Positions 35,534-46,696 of a stretch of 64,000 nt of DNA are shown here, piece after piece. Under the pieces are notes generated by a model that ran no database searches, had not been told where the DNA came from, and saw only the letters and a program-made list of their open reading frames with translations. Made by a program: the position numbers and the translations under genes. Numbering within the stretch: the first letter of the stretch is position 1; the number at the start of each line of letters is the position of its first letter. Source of the stretch: a virus (Duplodnaviria; Heunggongvirae; Uroviricota; Caudoviricetes); IMG/VR virus record IMGVR_UViG_3300037067_008064, positions 1-64,000 of that record; one strand, 5' to 3'.

Positions 35534-36262
35534 TTATTCAGGTAATATAATTGTTTCACTATCAGTATCAGGGTCAAATAAAATTTTTACTTCTCCTTCA
35601 TCGTTAATAGCAGCTTCATCGGTTATAATATGATGTATGTTTTCATCAACATCAGAAATATGAGTTGATGTAATTTTTTCAGTTTTACTAAGTTTCTTAA
35701 ATATCATATATGATTTATCTCCAATTTTACCATCAACAAACTTAGCTACTTTAAAATCTTCCAATTGTTCATCTTCTATTATTCTAATAATAAGTTTTTC
35801 ATTACCATCTTTAATAAGCATATATTTACCAACAGTTGAATCTTCTTTTAAGAATTTTCTATAGTCTTTACTAAAAATACCCCCTCTTCCTTTAAACCAT
35901 AATTTTAATTTATCTTTTGTAAAATAAGATGCTATAGTTAAAGAATGTATTCCATCATCACTATGAATAACAACATCATCAAAAGACATTGGAATCATTT
36001 CATTAAATGTTAATTCTTTAATGGTCGTTAATTCATTAACATGTTTTTTAATTTTAGATTCTATCTTTTTAAGAATTGTTTTTTTAGTTTTTTGAGGTTT
36101 TATTTTGGTTTCTTTTTTCTTTATAACAGGCTTTTTAATTTTTTTAGCTGGAGCTTTTTCTATTTTTTTAATAGTAGTTTTCTTTAAAGATTTTTTAGTA
36201 GTTTTTGTTTTAGTTTTAATTGGTTTCTTTGTTGTTTTAGCCTTAGTTGTTTTTGTTCTCAT
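35534..36262 (-). CDS. lysine-rich (histone H1-like N-terminus) putative nucleic-acid-binding protein
   Basis: First ~75 aa are KTKTTKK-type basic repeats, followed by a globular C-terminal domain. Confidence 0.4.
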   Translation of the reverse strand: MRTKTTKAKTTKKPIKTKTKTTKKSLKKTTIKKIEKAPAKKIKKPVIKKKETKIKPQKTKKTILKKIESKIKKHVNELTTIKELTFNEMIPMSFDDVVIHSDDGIHSLTIASYFTKDKLKLWFKGRGGIFSKDYRKFLKEDSTVGKYMLIKDGNEKLIIRIIEDEQLEDFKVAKFVDGKIGDKSYMIFKKLSKTEKITSTHISDVDENIHHIITDEAAINDEGEVKILFDPDTDSETIILPE

Positions 36263-36263
36263 T

Positions 36264-36686
36264 TTATTTCTTATTAGTTATAAGTTTTTCAAATTCTTTA
36301 ATTTCTTTAATGGTTGCTTCTGGAAACAAAAGCATTCCGTCTTGAATAGTTTTAGTATCTAAATTATAAGTTTGACAATATTTATAAATTATTTCTTTAG
36401 ATAAATGTGTTGGTTTTTTTTCTTTTACTTCTTTTGATTTTTTAACTCCCTTTATGTAAATCCAGAATGGTATTTTATTATATCTTTTAGAAAGAAAATC
36501 AAACCAAAAATCCATTACTGCAACAGGATTACTTTTTATATGCTGCAATAATTGAGCCTGTAATGGATAGTTAATAGAGAAAAATCTATTTAGCATAAAG
36601 AAGTTTTTCTTTTTATCACCATTGGTAACATCTTTCCACCTTTTATGGTCTTGAAAGATGATTTTCTCTATATCAAATAATTCCAT
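36264..36686 (-). CDS. hypothetical protein
   Basis: ORF; TGTTAAG/TGTTAAA tandem motif immediately upstream. Confidence 0.4.
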   Translation of the reverse strand: MELFDIEKIIFQDHKRWKDVTNGDKKKNFFMLNRFFSINYPLQAQLLQHIKSNPVAVMDFWFDFLSKRYNKIPFWIYIKGVKKSKEVKEKKPTHLSKEIIYKYCQTYNLDTKTIQDGMLLFPEATIKEIKEFEKLITNKK

Positions 36687-36838
36687 TTAAATTTGTTAAG
36701 ATATGTTAAAATTTTGCTATTTTTTAGTACTATAGTCTATAGATAATAGATTTTTTCCCAAAGACTCAAGTACTTATTATATGAACCCCGAAAAAAAAGT
36801 TTTTTCATGATTGTTAAGAATTTGTTAAGACTTTAGTT

Positions 36839-37189
36839 CTAATATCTATTTAAAAAATCACGTGAAGGGTCATGTGAATGATCCTTTTTTTCATTTTCTA
36901 TTTTAGATTCAGGTGCTGCATGATATGGTTCTGGTGGGATATTTGTAACCGGTTCACTGTATGTATTAGATTCTATTTTAATTACAAAATGATATACACC
37001 TTCTTTGGTTGTAAACAAAGTATAAACTGGAAAGTGTTTTTCTTCTAAATAATTTAGAATAATTTCAACTGCATTCTTAAATGCTATACCACGTATTTTA
37101 TTTGGTATTTCTGGAAATTGTTGACTTATTTCATTAATGTCAAGTACTTTAAATTTGTTCATGTTATTTTTATTTGTTAATTTTTTCAA
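36839..37189 (-). CDS. hypothetical protein
   Basis: ORF only. Confidence 0.35.
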   Translation of the reverse strand: MKKLTNKNNMNKFKVLDINEISQQFPEIPNKIRGIAFKNAVEIILNYLEEKHFPVYTLFTTKEGVYHFVIKIESNTYSEPVTNIPPEPYHAAPESKIENEKKDHSHDPSRDFLNRY

Positions 37190-37350
37190 TTAATTCATTA
37201 TATTCTTCTATCCAAGAAATTAGAATCTTTTTTCCTGCATTATAATAATTAGAAATGGCTTCACATACTTGATAAAATCTTTTTAAATCCCATATATATT
37301 TTGGCATTAAACCAAGTGGGGGTCTTTCAGTGTAATTATCTATTAACATA

Positions 37351-38490
37351 TTAAAATAATTTAGTATTGATTCGGTCCATTTCTTTAAATATACTAGATT
37401 CATTGTTACTGATATATTTAGTATTTTCTAACATGTTAAGCATGTTAAAACTTAATACATTAATTTTTGGTTTAGATAAATGTTTTTCCTTTTTATTATT
37501 AAATTCATTTACAATTTCTAAAGGAAATAAAGAAGGATTTAAAACAACTAATTTAAGTTGTCTGTTAAGTCTATCTTCAATTTTAAATGGCATGTTAATA
37601 TCAGCATATTCATTAATCATTGTTTTAATTTCTTCTTTTTTGTTTTGAAGATCTTTCCAAGTTTTAATTTCTAATTGTTCAATGATTTTTTCAAATTTAG
37701 AATTGGTTATTCTTACTTCTTTATTATTTTTAATCCATGTATATATTGCTGGTACATTATCTCCATCATCACCACAGAATATTTTTCTAAGAGCAATAAG
37801 GTCCGGTTGAATTTCTTCAAATACAATTTTTTCAAAATCTCTTAAACGTAATATATCAGATTTGTCCATATCAACTGCACCAGTCATGAAATCACCTTCA
37901 TCATCTCTAAGTAACCACATACTAAATCCAAAATCATGATAAAGTTTCTTTGGTGTTGTTTTTGTGTGTGTAAATGGATTATAAACAGTGCACCAACTAG
38001 TATCTTCAGGTCCTTCAAATGGAGTATATGTTGTAACTAATTGTCTAACATCTTCATCACCTGAAGCAATAATAACATTTTGGTGTCGGTGAAAAACTAA
38101 TTCATGACTCCATAATGCAATTAAATCATCTGCTTCTGCTTTTGTTTCTCTTGATACAACAAATCCATTTATATCTAATATATTAATTAATTCGTTTAAT
38201 ATTCCAAAAACATTATCCCAATTGATATGTTTAGATTTAACACGATTTCCTTTATATCCTTCATTTTCTTCAATGGGAATATCTTTTCTCCATGAGGAAT
38301 CATCTACACAAAAAATAGCACGTGTAGGGTTAACCTGTCTTAATATAAAGGATATATCAGTTGCTACTTTTCTCATTAACTGCTCACACTCAGTATGATT
38401 CTCAAAGGTATAATCATGTTTTCCATAACCACCTGTTACAAATAATGAGCGAAAGAAAATATTTGAAAGATCTACTACTAAATTAATCAT
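37351..38490 (-). CDS. rnh: RNase H / 5'-3' flap endonuclease (T4 rnh family)
   Basis: GYKGNR, AEADDLIALW and IIASGDEDVRQL match the T4 RNase H/FEN blocks (YYKKNR, ADDHIAVL, IISSDGDF). Confidence 0.7.
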   Translation of the reverse strand: MINLVVDLSNIFFRSLFVTGGYGKHDYTFENHTECEQLMRKVATDISFILRQVNPTRAIFCVDDSSWRKDIPIEENEGYKGNRVKSKHINWDNVFGILNELINILDINGFVVSRETKAEADDLIALWSHELVFHRHQNVIIASGDEDVRQLVTTYTPFEGPEDTSWCTVYNPFTHTKTTPKKLYHDFGFSMWLLRDDEGDFMTGAVDMDKSDILRLRDFEKIVFEEIQPDLIALRKIFCGDDGDNVPAIYTWIKNNKEVRITNSKFEKIIEQLEIKTWKDLQNKKEEIKTMINEYADINMPFKIEDRLNRQLKLVVLNPSLFPLEIVNEFNNKKEKHLSKPKINVLSFNMLNMLENTKYISNNESSIFKEMDRINTKLF

Positions 38491-38697
38491 AATAATGTAT
38501 TAGGTTTAATTAAAGTTATTTCATCTAATTGTTTAAGAATTTCATTTCTATTTTCCTCAGTACCACAACATATATCAGTTGAACTACTACTATGAATAAA
38601 ATTTATATAAATATTATTATTATTATATTCTCTTGGACTATATCCTATAATTTTAGAAAGATTAATTCTAGAATCCTTTATTTTAAAGTATTTCATA

Positions 38698-39273
38698 TTA
38701 ATCTACTTTATTAATAATGTTATAGTATTCATCATTAAATCCACTAAAATTAGCATTCATAAAGTTTTCACATTCTTTATTATGAAAATATTGCATTATG
38801 AAAAATCTCCATTTACCTTCTGGAATATAATATTTTTCTTCTATTCCCTGGTAAATTTCATTAATAAGTTTTTTATTTCTTAAAATTTTTATACAAATTG
38901 AACTACCAAATAAAGAAGCATGATAGGAAATAATTTGAAAGACTAAGTTTTTTGGAAGAGAATGTTTGAATTCTTGGTTTTGCCAATTTTTGAAAACCCA
39001 ATTGTAATCTTCATTAAGGATAAATTTATCCCCCGGTTTTAATGTAAACATATTTTTTAATTTGAATGTTGTTTTACTTTCAACATGTGAATTTATGCCA
39101 TCATGAAAATCATACCAACCTATTACTACTAAATCTTCTGGTTGAATTAAAATCATAGTTATTTTATCAAACCAATCTTTAGCATATATTATACCCCAAT
39201 AGGCATTATGTATTTTACTTGATTTCTTTTTCTTTATTACAAAGGTAATGTGTTTATCTAAAATTAATTCCAT
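38698..39273 (-). CDS. hypothetical protein (positional candidate for clamp-loader small subunit)
   Basis: 191 aa, downstream of the gp44-like gene and separated from it by an HNH insertion; no motif support. Confidence 0.3.
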   Translation of the reverse strand: MELILDKHITFVIKKKKSSKIHNAYWGIIYAKDWFDKITMILIQPEDLVVIGWYDFHDGINSHVESKTTFKLKNMFTLKPGDKFILNEDYNWVFKNWQNQEFKHSLPKNLVFQIISYHASLFGSSICIKILRNKKLINEIYQGIEEKYYIPEGKWRFFIMQYFHNKECENFMNANFSGFNDEYYNIINKVD

Positions 39274-39275
39274 TT

Positions 39276-40139
39276 TTATGTGTTTAAATATTTGTTTATT
39301 TTAATTTTATAAATTAAATTTCTTTGTACATTATATTCTTTTGCTATATCTTTTATTTTCATAAAATTTATTTTTTCTTTAATTTTATTAACTTGTGTTT
39401 CATTTAATTTAGTTTTTCCTTTTTTAGATAAACTCATTTTTAATTTAGTTTCATTAGAAATTTTTTTGCCTTTATGAATTTTACTTATTTTATTTCTTGT
39501 TTCTTCTGAAATAGGTTTTCTATTTTTAGATGCAATACTTATTTTATTTTTAATTTCATTTGCTTTTTCTTCTCCAAAAAGCTCATTAAAATTTTTTCCA
39601 ATTCTGTTTTGTCTTAATTTATTTTTATGAATTTCAGATTTTGGTTTACTGTTTGCTATTTTAATATTATTTAATCCATTTTCAGAAATTTTCCAATTAC
39701 TTCTATCTCGTTTTTTAAGATTTAATTTAGTTTCTTCTGAACGAATTTTCCCCTTATTTCTAGTATTTCCAATTAATGAATTAATGATTTTATTTCTTGT
39801 TTCTTCTGAAATAGGAGTATTATTAAATAAAATTCTAATATATTCATAATCTCTTCCGGAAACAATTTTACCATATCTTTTGCTAAATGCCATTTTATGC
39901 AAAGCACAAATCATTTTCCTATTGTTTATATAAATATAAGTTAATAATTTATGACAAACAAAATGTTCTTTAGCAGTTAATAAAACTAAATTTTCTTTTT
40001 CATTAGTTCCATTTAAACATTTAGGAATAATATGATGTTCTTCATAATAAATATAATTAAAATTATTTTTAGATAACTTAGTTCTATTTTGTAATAATGC
40101 ATTTTTAATAATGGAATCATAAAGTTTTTGATGATTCAT
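39276..40139 (-). CDS. HNH homing endonuclease
   Basis: EHHIIPKCLNGTNEKENLVLLTAKEHFVCH HNH motif; paralog of 52474-53220; late-promoter cassette upstream. Confidence 0.65.
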   Translation of the reverse strand: MNHQKLYDSIIKNALLQNRTKLSKNNFNYIYYEEHHIIPKCLNGTNEKENLVLLTAKEHFVCHKLLTYIYINNRKMICALHKMAFSKRYGKIVSGRDYEYIRILFNNTPISEETRNKIINSLIGNTRNKGKIRSEETKLNLKKRDRSNWKISENGLNNIKIANSKPKSEIHKNKLRQNRIGKNFNELFGEEKANEIKNKISIASKNRKPISEETRNKISKIHKGKKISNETKLKMSLSKKGKTKLNETQVNKIKEKINFMKIKDIAKEYNVQRNLIYKIKINKYLNT

Positions 40140-40140
40140 T

Positions 40141-40165
40141 TTTATTTTATATATTCACTCACATT
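40141..40165 (-). promoter_or_regulatory. late-promoter-like cassette
   Basis: Minus strand GTGAATATATAAAATAAAA-ATG before the HNH gene. Confidence 0.45.
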
Positions 40166-40187
40166 ATTAACATTTATATTAAAAATA

Positions 40188-41147
40188 CTAACTATTTAAT
40201 ATACTTTGAAGTTCGAAAATAAGAGCTTCTAAACATACTATAGGGTCTATGACAAATGATTTTTGATATTGATATTTGGCTGTTGTTATTATAATTAATG
40301 GTAATTTATTAATTTTATTCGGAACGTTATTTCTTAAATATTCCGGAAAATCACTATGTAATACAGACAATGCTTCATCAACCCTGGTTGAATATTCACT
40401 TATAACATTTTTATAAATTTCATAAGGTTTATCTGGTTTTTGTAAACAAATATTAAACATATCAACATAATCATAATTAATATTGAAATTTTTAGGATTA
40501 AGTTCCGTAATACCTCTTAAATAAAAGCTTTGAATTTTATTCATTAATGATCTTAAATCAGGAAAATCATTCATGACAAATTTTGTTAATATGGTATCAT
40601 CAAAAGTAATTTTAGCTGCTTTTAAAATAAGTGATATTCTTTTCTTATATTCTGTTACCAAATATTGTTCTTCTTCAGTATTAATTGGGTCAAATGATTG
40701 ATAGTTAAAACGAGATTGCATTTCAGGTGGAACCTTTTGCACGTGGTTTGTTGTAGCAATAAATCTTACAAGATGTGCATATTTTTCCATTACTGCTTTT
40801 AAGGCATCCATAAATTCAGGGGTTGCACCCTCAAATTCTTCCATCATAATACACTTTAGTTTATCACGACCATCTTCTAAAGAAATAGTAGAAGCAAATC
40901 TAGAAAATCTTTCTCTTACAACTTCAATACCTCTTTCTGATGAAGCATTAATTAAAAGTGAAGGATGACCATCTGATAATATTCTCATTAAAGATGTTTT
41001 CCCTGTACCTTGTGTACCAAAGAATAAAAGATTTTGAATTAAACCTTTATTTACTTCTTCTCTAATTCTTGGCAATAAAATAATTGTTTGTAAGTTTTTA
41101 GGGCGGAACTTTTCTGTAAAAAGTTCTTGCGGAAATACTTGTGACAT
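40188..41147 (-). CDS. sliding-clamp loader large subunit (T4 gp44-like AAA+)
   Basis: EKFRP, Walker A GTQGTGKTS, MEEFE and SRF mirror the EKYRP, GTGKT, IDEFD and SRC blocks of T4 gp44. Confidence 0.7.
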   Translation of the reverse strand: MSQVFPQELFTEKFRPKNLQTIILLPRIREEVNKGLIQNLLFFGTQGTGKTSLMRILSDGHPSLLINASSERGIEVVRERFSRFASTISLEDGRDKLKCIMMEEFEGATPEFMDALKAVMEKYAHLVRFIATTNHVQKVPPEMQSRFNYQSFDPINTEEEQYLVTEYKKRISLILKAAKITFDDTILTKFVMNDFPDLRSLMNKIQSFYLRGITELNPKNFNINYDYVDMFNICLQKPDKPYEIYKNVISEYSTRVDEALSVLHSDFPEYLRNNVPNKINKLPLIIITTAKYQYQKSFVIDPIVCLEALIFELQSILNS

Positions 41148-41149
41148 TT

Positions 41150-41272
41150 TTATAATTTTTTAGTTTTTATTGATTTAGTTCTGTTGATAATTCTGTAAAT
41201 TATTTCAACAATAAGAACACAAAATACAACAATTAACATTCTTATGGAAAGTCCAGTTAAAAATTCTATCAT
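41150..41272 (-). CDS. small hydrophobic ORF (40 aa)
   Basis: MIEFLTGLSIRMLIVVFCVLIVEII...; its stop is 3 nt before the gp44-like start. Confidence 0.25.
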   Translation of the reverse strand: MIEFLTGLSIRMLIVVFCVLIVEIIYRIINRTKSIKTKKL

Positions 41273-41314
41273 ATATTTTGTTTTAATGTTTTATGTAAAA
41301 GGATATTAAATGTT

Positions 41315-41767
41315 TTAAAACATAATAATTATTTTTCCATTTTCACCCGTAAAAGTTTTATGTCCTTTAATTATAGGTGATAAACTTATTTTTCTTTGAA
41401 TGTCTCCAACAATCTCAGGTTTAAGACCAACAAAAATATATTCAATAGCTGGTCCAGAATATCTTATATCCGGTTGGTCTCTATCCATACCATTATAGAT
41501 GGTGAAATTAGACATTATTTTTCTTGATTCTGAAGGTAACTCAAATGTTTTTGATAATATTTCTTTGTATGTATTTTCAATTAAAGACTCAACACTAAAC
41601 CAATTGTTTTCCCACCATTTTAAATTCTCTTGTAAAATAGAAATAGCAGCTTCTATATATGGAAACTGATCTTCAGTTTTATTTAAAAATAAATTACTTT
41701 TAATTTTTCTTTGTTTTGGCGTTTGTTTAGCCTCAACAATAATAGTTACTTTTTTAACATTATTCAT
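41315..41767 (-). CDS. hypothetical protein
   Basis: ORF only. Confidence 0.4.
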   Translation of the reverse strand: MNNVKKVTIIVEAKQTPKQRKIKSNLFLNKTEDQFPYIEAAISILQENLKWWENNWFSVESLIENTYKEILSKTFELPSESRKIMSNFTIYNGMDRDQPDIRYSGPAIEYIFVGLKPEIVGDIQRKISLSPIIKGHKTFTGENGKIIIMF

Positions 41768-41823
41768 ATGTAATACTTTTTTTTATATATTTGAAGTTAT
41801 TTCTTTAATAATTATAGTATCAC

Positions 41824-42231
41824 TTACATATTCAGTATTATTTCAACAAATATTTTTGGTAAATAAATATTTTCTATATTAATTGCATCTTTAAATAAAG
41901 GAGCTATTTCTTCTGGTGTATATGTTGCTAATCCACAACCAATTTGTGTTACTAAAAAATTTAAGTGAATGTTCATTTTTGCCATTTTAATAAAACTATC
42001 TACAAAAGGTTTAATATCTTCAATTTTCATTGTTCTAATATTTTCATCTTTGGTTGGAATGGCATATGTTTTACCCCCAAATCCAAATCCTTTTCCCCAT
42101 ATAGCTCCCCACTTTTGATGCGCCAATTTTGCAGCTCCAGCACCATGTATGCCAGCTAAATTAGAACCAAATACAAATATTTCATTTGAGTTTAATTCTG
42201 TAATAAGATCATTTGATAATTTCTGTTCCAT
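41824..42231 (-). CDS. hypothetical protein
   Basis: ORF only. Confidence 0.4.
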   Translation of the reverse strand: MEQKLSNDLITELNSNEIFVFGSNLAGIHGAGAAKLAHQKWGAIWGKGFGFGGKTYAIPTKDENIRTMKIEDIKPFVDSFIKMAKMNIHLNFLVTQIGCGLATYTPEEIAPLFKDAINIENIYLPKIFVEIILNM

Positions 42232-42517
42232 ATTTTTCTTTAATTTGTTTTGTTGTCATTAAAAAGTACCATGATGCATGTGGGAAATTAGTTATATATT
42301 CCTCAATAACATGATAATATTGTTCGCCACTATATTCATAACAAGGAAAATAATGTAACATCATTCCCTTGTACATATTAGTAAATACTTTGAATCCTTT
42401 TTTTCTTTTATTGGATGCAAATGTATTGGTACAATCAGACCAAATATCATCTTTTTTAGTGAATTGTTTATTATAATCTATATCATCACCCGGAAGATTT
42501 TTATCCATCTTTACCAT
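42209..42517 (-). CDS. hypothetical protein
   Basis: ORF only. Confidence 0.35.
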   Translation of the reverse strand: MVKMDKNLPGDDIDYNKQFTKKDDIWSDCTNTFASNKRKKGFKVFTNMYKGMMLHYFPCYEYSGEQYYHVIEEYITNFPHASWYFLMTTKQIKEKYGTEIIK

Positions 42518-42676
42518 GTTTTAATTCCCACATTCTTTCTCTTAGTTGTTTATTTTCATCAGCTACTATATGTGGCCAAAGATTACCAACCATTTGATTT
42601 ACCAATTCAATTCGTTCTTGAATTTCTTTTTCAATTTCTGAAATTGATGTTAATTCCAGTGCTTCTTTAATATATC

Positions 42677-43447
42677 TCATTCAGTTATAAAATTAATATA
42701 ATTTTGAATACTATCATTCATAAGACCATCATTCATATTACCAATACCCATATTATATGTGGCTATTGCATAATTCCATATTATGTCATTTGATAATTTC
42801 GGTTTTTTCATATGCCAATAATCATACATTTCAGCTAAAAACCACGTTCCTATAAATACATTTTTCTTTACTGTTATTGGATATGGTTCTATATTTAATT
42901 TTCTACAATATGCTTTATATGTTAATGGCATTACTTGCATATAACCATAAGCACCTCTTGGTGAAAGTGCTGTACTATCAAAACTTGATTCTTTATAAAT
43001 TAAACGAAATAAAATAGAAATAGGTATTTTTTTATCTATAGCACGTTCAAACATATATTTTAAATGGTCTTTAGGAACATAATTAGGAATATCAATTTTT
43101 GCTTCAGACTTAACCCAGTATTTTAAATATCCACTTGATTCTATAATATTCATTAGTGAATCTTTTATATCATTATTCACCCATAAAGTATTTTCAAGTA
43201 ATGAAGCAGTTTGTTTAAGTTCATCAATTTTATTATTTTTATGTATAAGAATAACATTAAATGATATACTTATTATTAACAATAAAGCAAAAAGACTATA
43301 AATAATATTTCTTCTAATGATTACTGCACGTATTAATTTTTTTATATCAAAGTCCGGATGCCAATCTAAAATAGGATCTATTTTTCTTAATTCTTTTAAA
43401 AGATGCCAACCAAAAAAGTTTTTTATTTTTCTTAAAATTTTTAACAT
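42677..43447 (-). CDS. membrane-anchored lytic transglycosylase (SLT domain)
   Basis: N-terminal TM helix; IYKESSFDSTALSPRGAYGYMQVMPLT matches the SLT ES...GLMQ core. Confidence 0.55.
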   Translation of the reverse strand: MLKILRKIKNFFGWHLLKELRKIDPILDWHPDFDIKKLIRAVIIRRNIIYSLFALLLIISISFNVILIHKNNKIDELKQTASLLENTLWVNNDIKDSLMNIIESSGYLKYWVKSEAKIDIPNYVPKDHLKYMFERAIDKKIPISILFRLIYKESSFDSTALSPRGAYGYMQVMPLTYKAYCRKLNIEPYPITVKKNVFIGTWFLAEMYDYWHMKKPKLSNDIIWNYAIATYNMGIGNMNDGLMNDSIQNYINFITE

Positions 43448-44268
43448 TTCATATTTTTTAAATAACCTTCAACAATAAAATATTCATTGCTGCATACACC
43501 ATTTGTAAAGTAATTAAATGAATTACATGATGTTTCCACTGTTCTCCAAAAATTAACTTCTTTTCCAAATAATTCATATTGTTGCGCCAAATAAAATGCA
43601 CCTGTTTTTTCATGTGTATTATTAAAGTCAATATAAAACTTTTCATATAATTTTATATCTTCTTCTAATTCAGCTAATCTTGTTTCAGTTGAAATTCTTC
43701 TAACTTGAATATATCTAACATTTTCAAAAGTTGAAAAATATTTAACTAAATCATAAAATTCATTAACATTATATCTATTTAGAACAATAGATATTCTTAC
43801 ATTTTTTCCTGATAATGGAATTATTTTATCCCAATCTGGAATATCAAAAGTTCCCATTATTTTAAAATTAGTTTCTGGATTTAATGTATGAATTGAATAT
43901 CCAATACCACCATCCATTTTCTGAATTTCATTCATTTTACGAAGTGCCAAATAACCATTAGTTCTAACACCTACAATGAAATTTCGTGATTGCAAATTAT
44001 CAATTATTTCACTTAAATATTTATATTGTAGCCCATCTGCTGTTTGACCAGTTAAATAAAGTTTTTGTATGCCGGCATCTTTACATTGTTGTAAAAATTT
44101 GTCAAAATTTTGCCATTCAGAAAAATGAACATTTAACTGATTTTTACCAGCTAATTTATCTTTAATATCTTTTCCTAAACAAAAATAACAATCAACATTA
44201 CATTTCCCTAATAAATTAATATTAGCAAATGTAAATTTTTCTCTATTTCTATTTTTATTAATAAACAT
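43441..44268 (-). CDS. radical SAM domain protein
   Basis: GKCNVDCYFCLG = CxxxCxxC [4Fe-4S] binding motif near the N-terminus. Confidence 0.5.
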   Translation of the reverse strand: MFINKNRNREKFTFANINLLGKCNVDCYFCLGKDIKDKLAGKNQLNVHFSEWQNFDKFLQQCKDAGIQKLYLTGQTADGLQYKYLSEIIDNLQSRNFIVGVRTNGYLALRKMNEIQKMDGGIGYSIHTLNPETNFKIMGTFDIPDWDKIIPLSGKNVRISIVLNRYNVNEFYDLVKYFSTFENVRYIQVRRISTETRLAELEEDIKLYEKFYIDFNNTHEKTGAFYLAQQYELFGKEVNFWRTVETSCNSFNYFTNGVCSNEYFIVEGYLKNMKC

Positions 44269-44270
44269 TA

Positions 44271-44840
44271 TTAACTATTTAAATATTTTTTAAGAAATAA
44301 CATGATTCTTTTATCATGATCAAATGCAAAATTATAATTAGATAAATTTGAAATACTTACCCATCTTATATCTGACAATTCTTTAGTGTCCATAATTAAA
44401 TCAGATATCATTGTAGTATTATAGATATAAACATATCCATAAAATAAATGAACATTTTGTCTGTAATTTTTTAATTCTGAACCAATATAAAATGGGTCTT
44501 TAGTTTTATACAATTTATATTTTTCGTAATCAGGAAGGTATAAACCAGTTTCTTCCCACACTTCACGTAAGGTACTATCTTCAAGTTCTTCGTCCCAATC
44601 TAAATATCCACATGGAAAACACCATAAAAGTGGATGATCCATCTTTTCACTTCTTTTTTCTAAAAGAACAAAATAATCTCCGTCCTTATCTGGATTTTGC
44701 ATAAGAATAACAACGCCTGTAGCAACAGACCTGCTATGCCAAATTTCTTTTCCTTTTAGTAAACACTTAAATAAATAAGGAAAAGTTATTTTTTTGTTTT
44801 CCTTATTATTAAATAAATTAATTTGTAGTGATTTTTCCAT
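44271..44840 (-). CDS. Nudix hydrolase
   Basis: Nudix box LREVWEETGL. Confidence 0.55.
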   Translation of the reverse strand: MEKSLQINLFNNKENKKITFPYLFKCLLKGKEIWHSRSVATGVVILMQNPDKDGDYFVLLEKRSEKMDHPLLWCFPCGYLDWDEELEDSTLREVWEETGLYLPDYEKYKLYKTKDPFYIGSELKNYRQNVHLFYGYVYIYNTTMISDLIMDTKELSDIRWVSISNLSNYNFAFDHDKRIMLFLKKYLNS

Positions 44841-45044
44841 TATCGTTTACAATTAAATTAAAGTCACTGACCAAATTTATACCTGCTATAACACCCAAAT
44901 AATATGAGTATGTTAAATTATATTGGATTTCTTCAAGTGCACTCAGTACGCCTGCTGGTTTTAATAGATTAATATCTTTAAAGTAATCTAATGCTTGTTC
45001 TTTTGTTTTAAATTCCATTGTAATTATTTTATTAATTCTTTATT

Positions 45045-45560
45045 TTAAATAGTTATTCCAATACCAAGCTGTATTATTTTAGCTGGTGTTGCTGTATTAA
45101 TTATCATATAATCTAATATTAGATAAGCTTTATAATTAAAGCTATTGGCTGAATTAAATATAAGTCCTGTATCAATATTATATTTTATACCAAATTTAGT
45201 AATAAGATTTATTCCATCTTCTTTATTTCCAAAAAGAGGACCAATGCAAACAAAAGCAGAAAAGTTTTTATAAGGTTGTGTAAAAGCAGTTATTGGTATA
45301 AACAATTTAACTTTAACATCAAAAGTACTTTCAGCATCTGGTTTTTGAAATATTAAAACATTAGTGCCAATACTAGTATATAAAATTTTATCAATGGGTA
45401 CTTGTGCATTACCACCAAATTCAACACCAAAATTTTGTGATGAATCTATTGATATAAAAGGAAAAAACAAATCCAAATTAAATTCAAGGTCTTTGAAATT
45501 TTGAGAAAATGTTGTCAGTGTTGTGATAAATAATATTATCGTAATAAATAATTTTTTCAT
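45045..45560 (-). CDS. secreted hypothetical protein
   Basis: Signal peptide MKKLFITIILFITTLTTFSQ. Confidence 0.4.
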   Translation of the reverse strand: MKKLFITIILFITTLTTFSQNFKDLEFNLDLFFPFISIDSSQNFGVEFGGNAQVPIDKILYTSIGTNVLIFQKPDAESTFDVKVKLFIPITAFTQPYKNFSAFVCIGPLFGNKEDGINLITKFGIKYNIDTGLIFNSANSFNYKAYLILDYMIINTATPAKIIQLGIGITI

Positions 45561-46687
45561 TCTATTTCATTTTTTATAATCCAAATGTTTATTCCTATTG
45601 ATACTAATAACATAATTATATATGTAATTATAACAGATGTTTTGGATGGTTCAATTCTTATGTATTCAAATTCTTTAAATGGTCGTCTTACATAATCTTT
45701 AAGATTATCTTTTAGATAGGTATCTAGATTATTCAGGGTGCTATCAGACATACTTCCCATATTATTAATGTAATCCCTTATCTCTATTTTTAAATCTTCC
45801 GAAGGTGACCAAGAAAATATATGAGCCCAATTAATTTTGTTGGTTGTTGTGTCAATACCAAAACATAGAATCAATTCATTTTTATTTCCTCTTACCCAAT
45901 AATTTTCTTGTTGTAAACCAATTTGTATTGTTCCGCCATTAAAAACTAATATCCATAATCTTAATTGATTTTCAGGACCATAGATGGCATTAAGTTTATT
46001 AAATTTCTTTTGTATAGAATCACTTGGATTATAACCTATAATTGTTTTGTAATTAAAATTATCATCTAATCTAGGATAATCAAATAATTTTAAACTATCT
46101 GCTTCTTTATCTGTTATTATTTTAATATTAAAGAGTGTTACATCAGAAGCTTTAATTTTATTTGTGTACGTATGTTCTGTTGTTATGGGTATATTTTTTG
46201 TATATGAATTGTCCCATTGAGTATAATACATATCACCATCATTAGTATAATAATCTCTATGCATATCATAAAATGAACGATTGCCAAATAGATTAACAAT
46301 ACTATCATATTTATTTTCTGATATATTTATTTCTTCTTTACTTGTTGTTATAATCATCCAATATTCTGAATGATAAGATACATATGAACAATCATATGTT
46401 TCAGTATGAGATTTTCCATCTCCATCATCTACAGTACGTGAACACGTTTGTTGTATGTATTCATTCCAAGGTTCATAATATCTTGCTTCAACTACACTGG
46501 AGCCCCAATATTCTGTATATGATGTTTCAAAACTATCAATTAAAAGTTTTGAACTAATAATACAAATTATACCTACACCAATAGGTATAAAAAATTCCCA
46601 CCACGTAAAGTGTCTTTTACCATAAAGATAAAAGACACATGTTACGATGACAGGAATTAACAATGATAAATATATCAATGTATTCAT
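45557..46687 (-). CDS. membrane protein
   Basis: N-terminal and C-terminal TM segments; 376 aa. Confidence 0.4.
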   Translation of the reverse strand: MNTLIYLSLLIPVIVTCVFYLYGKRHFTWWEFFIPIGVGIICIISSKLLIDSFETSYTEYWGSSVVEARYYEPWNEYIQQTCSRTVDDGDGKSHTETYDCSYVSYHSEYWMIITTSKEEINISENKYDSIVNLFGNRSFYDMHRDYYTNDGDMYYTQWDNSYTKNIPITTEHTYTNKIKASDVTLFNIKIITDKEADSLKLFDYPRLDDNFNYKTIIGYNPSDSIQKKFNKLNAIYGPENQLRLWILVFNGGTIQIGLQQENYWVRGNKNELILCFGIDTTTNKINWAHIFSWSPSEDLKIEIRDYINNMGSMSDSTLNNLDTYLKDNLKDYVRRPFKEFEYIRIEPSKTSVIITYIIMLLVSIGINIWIIKNEIE

Positions 46688-46696
46688 GTGACTTAA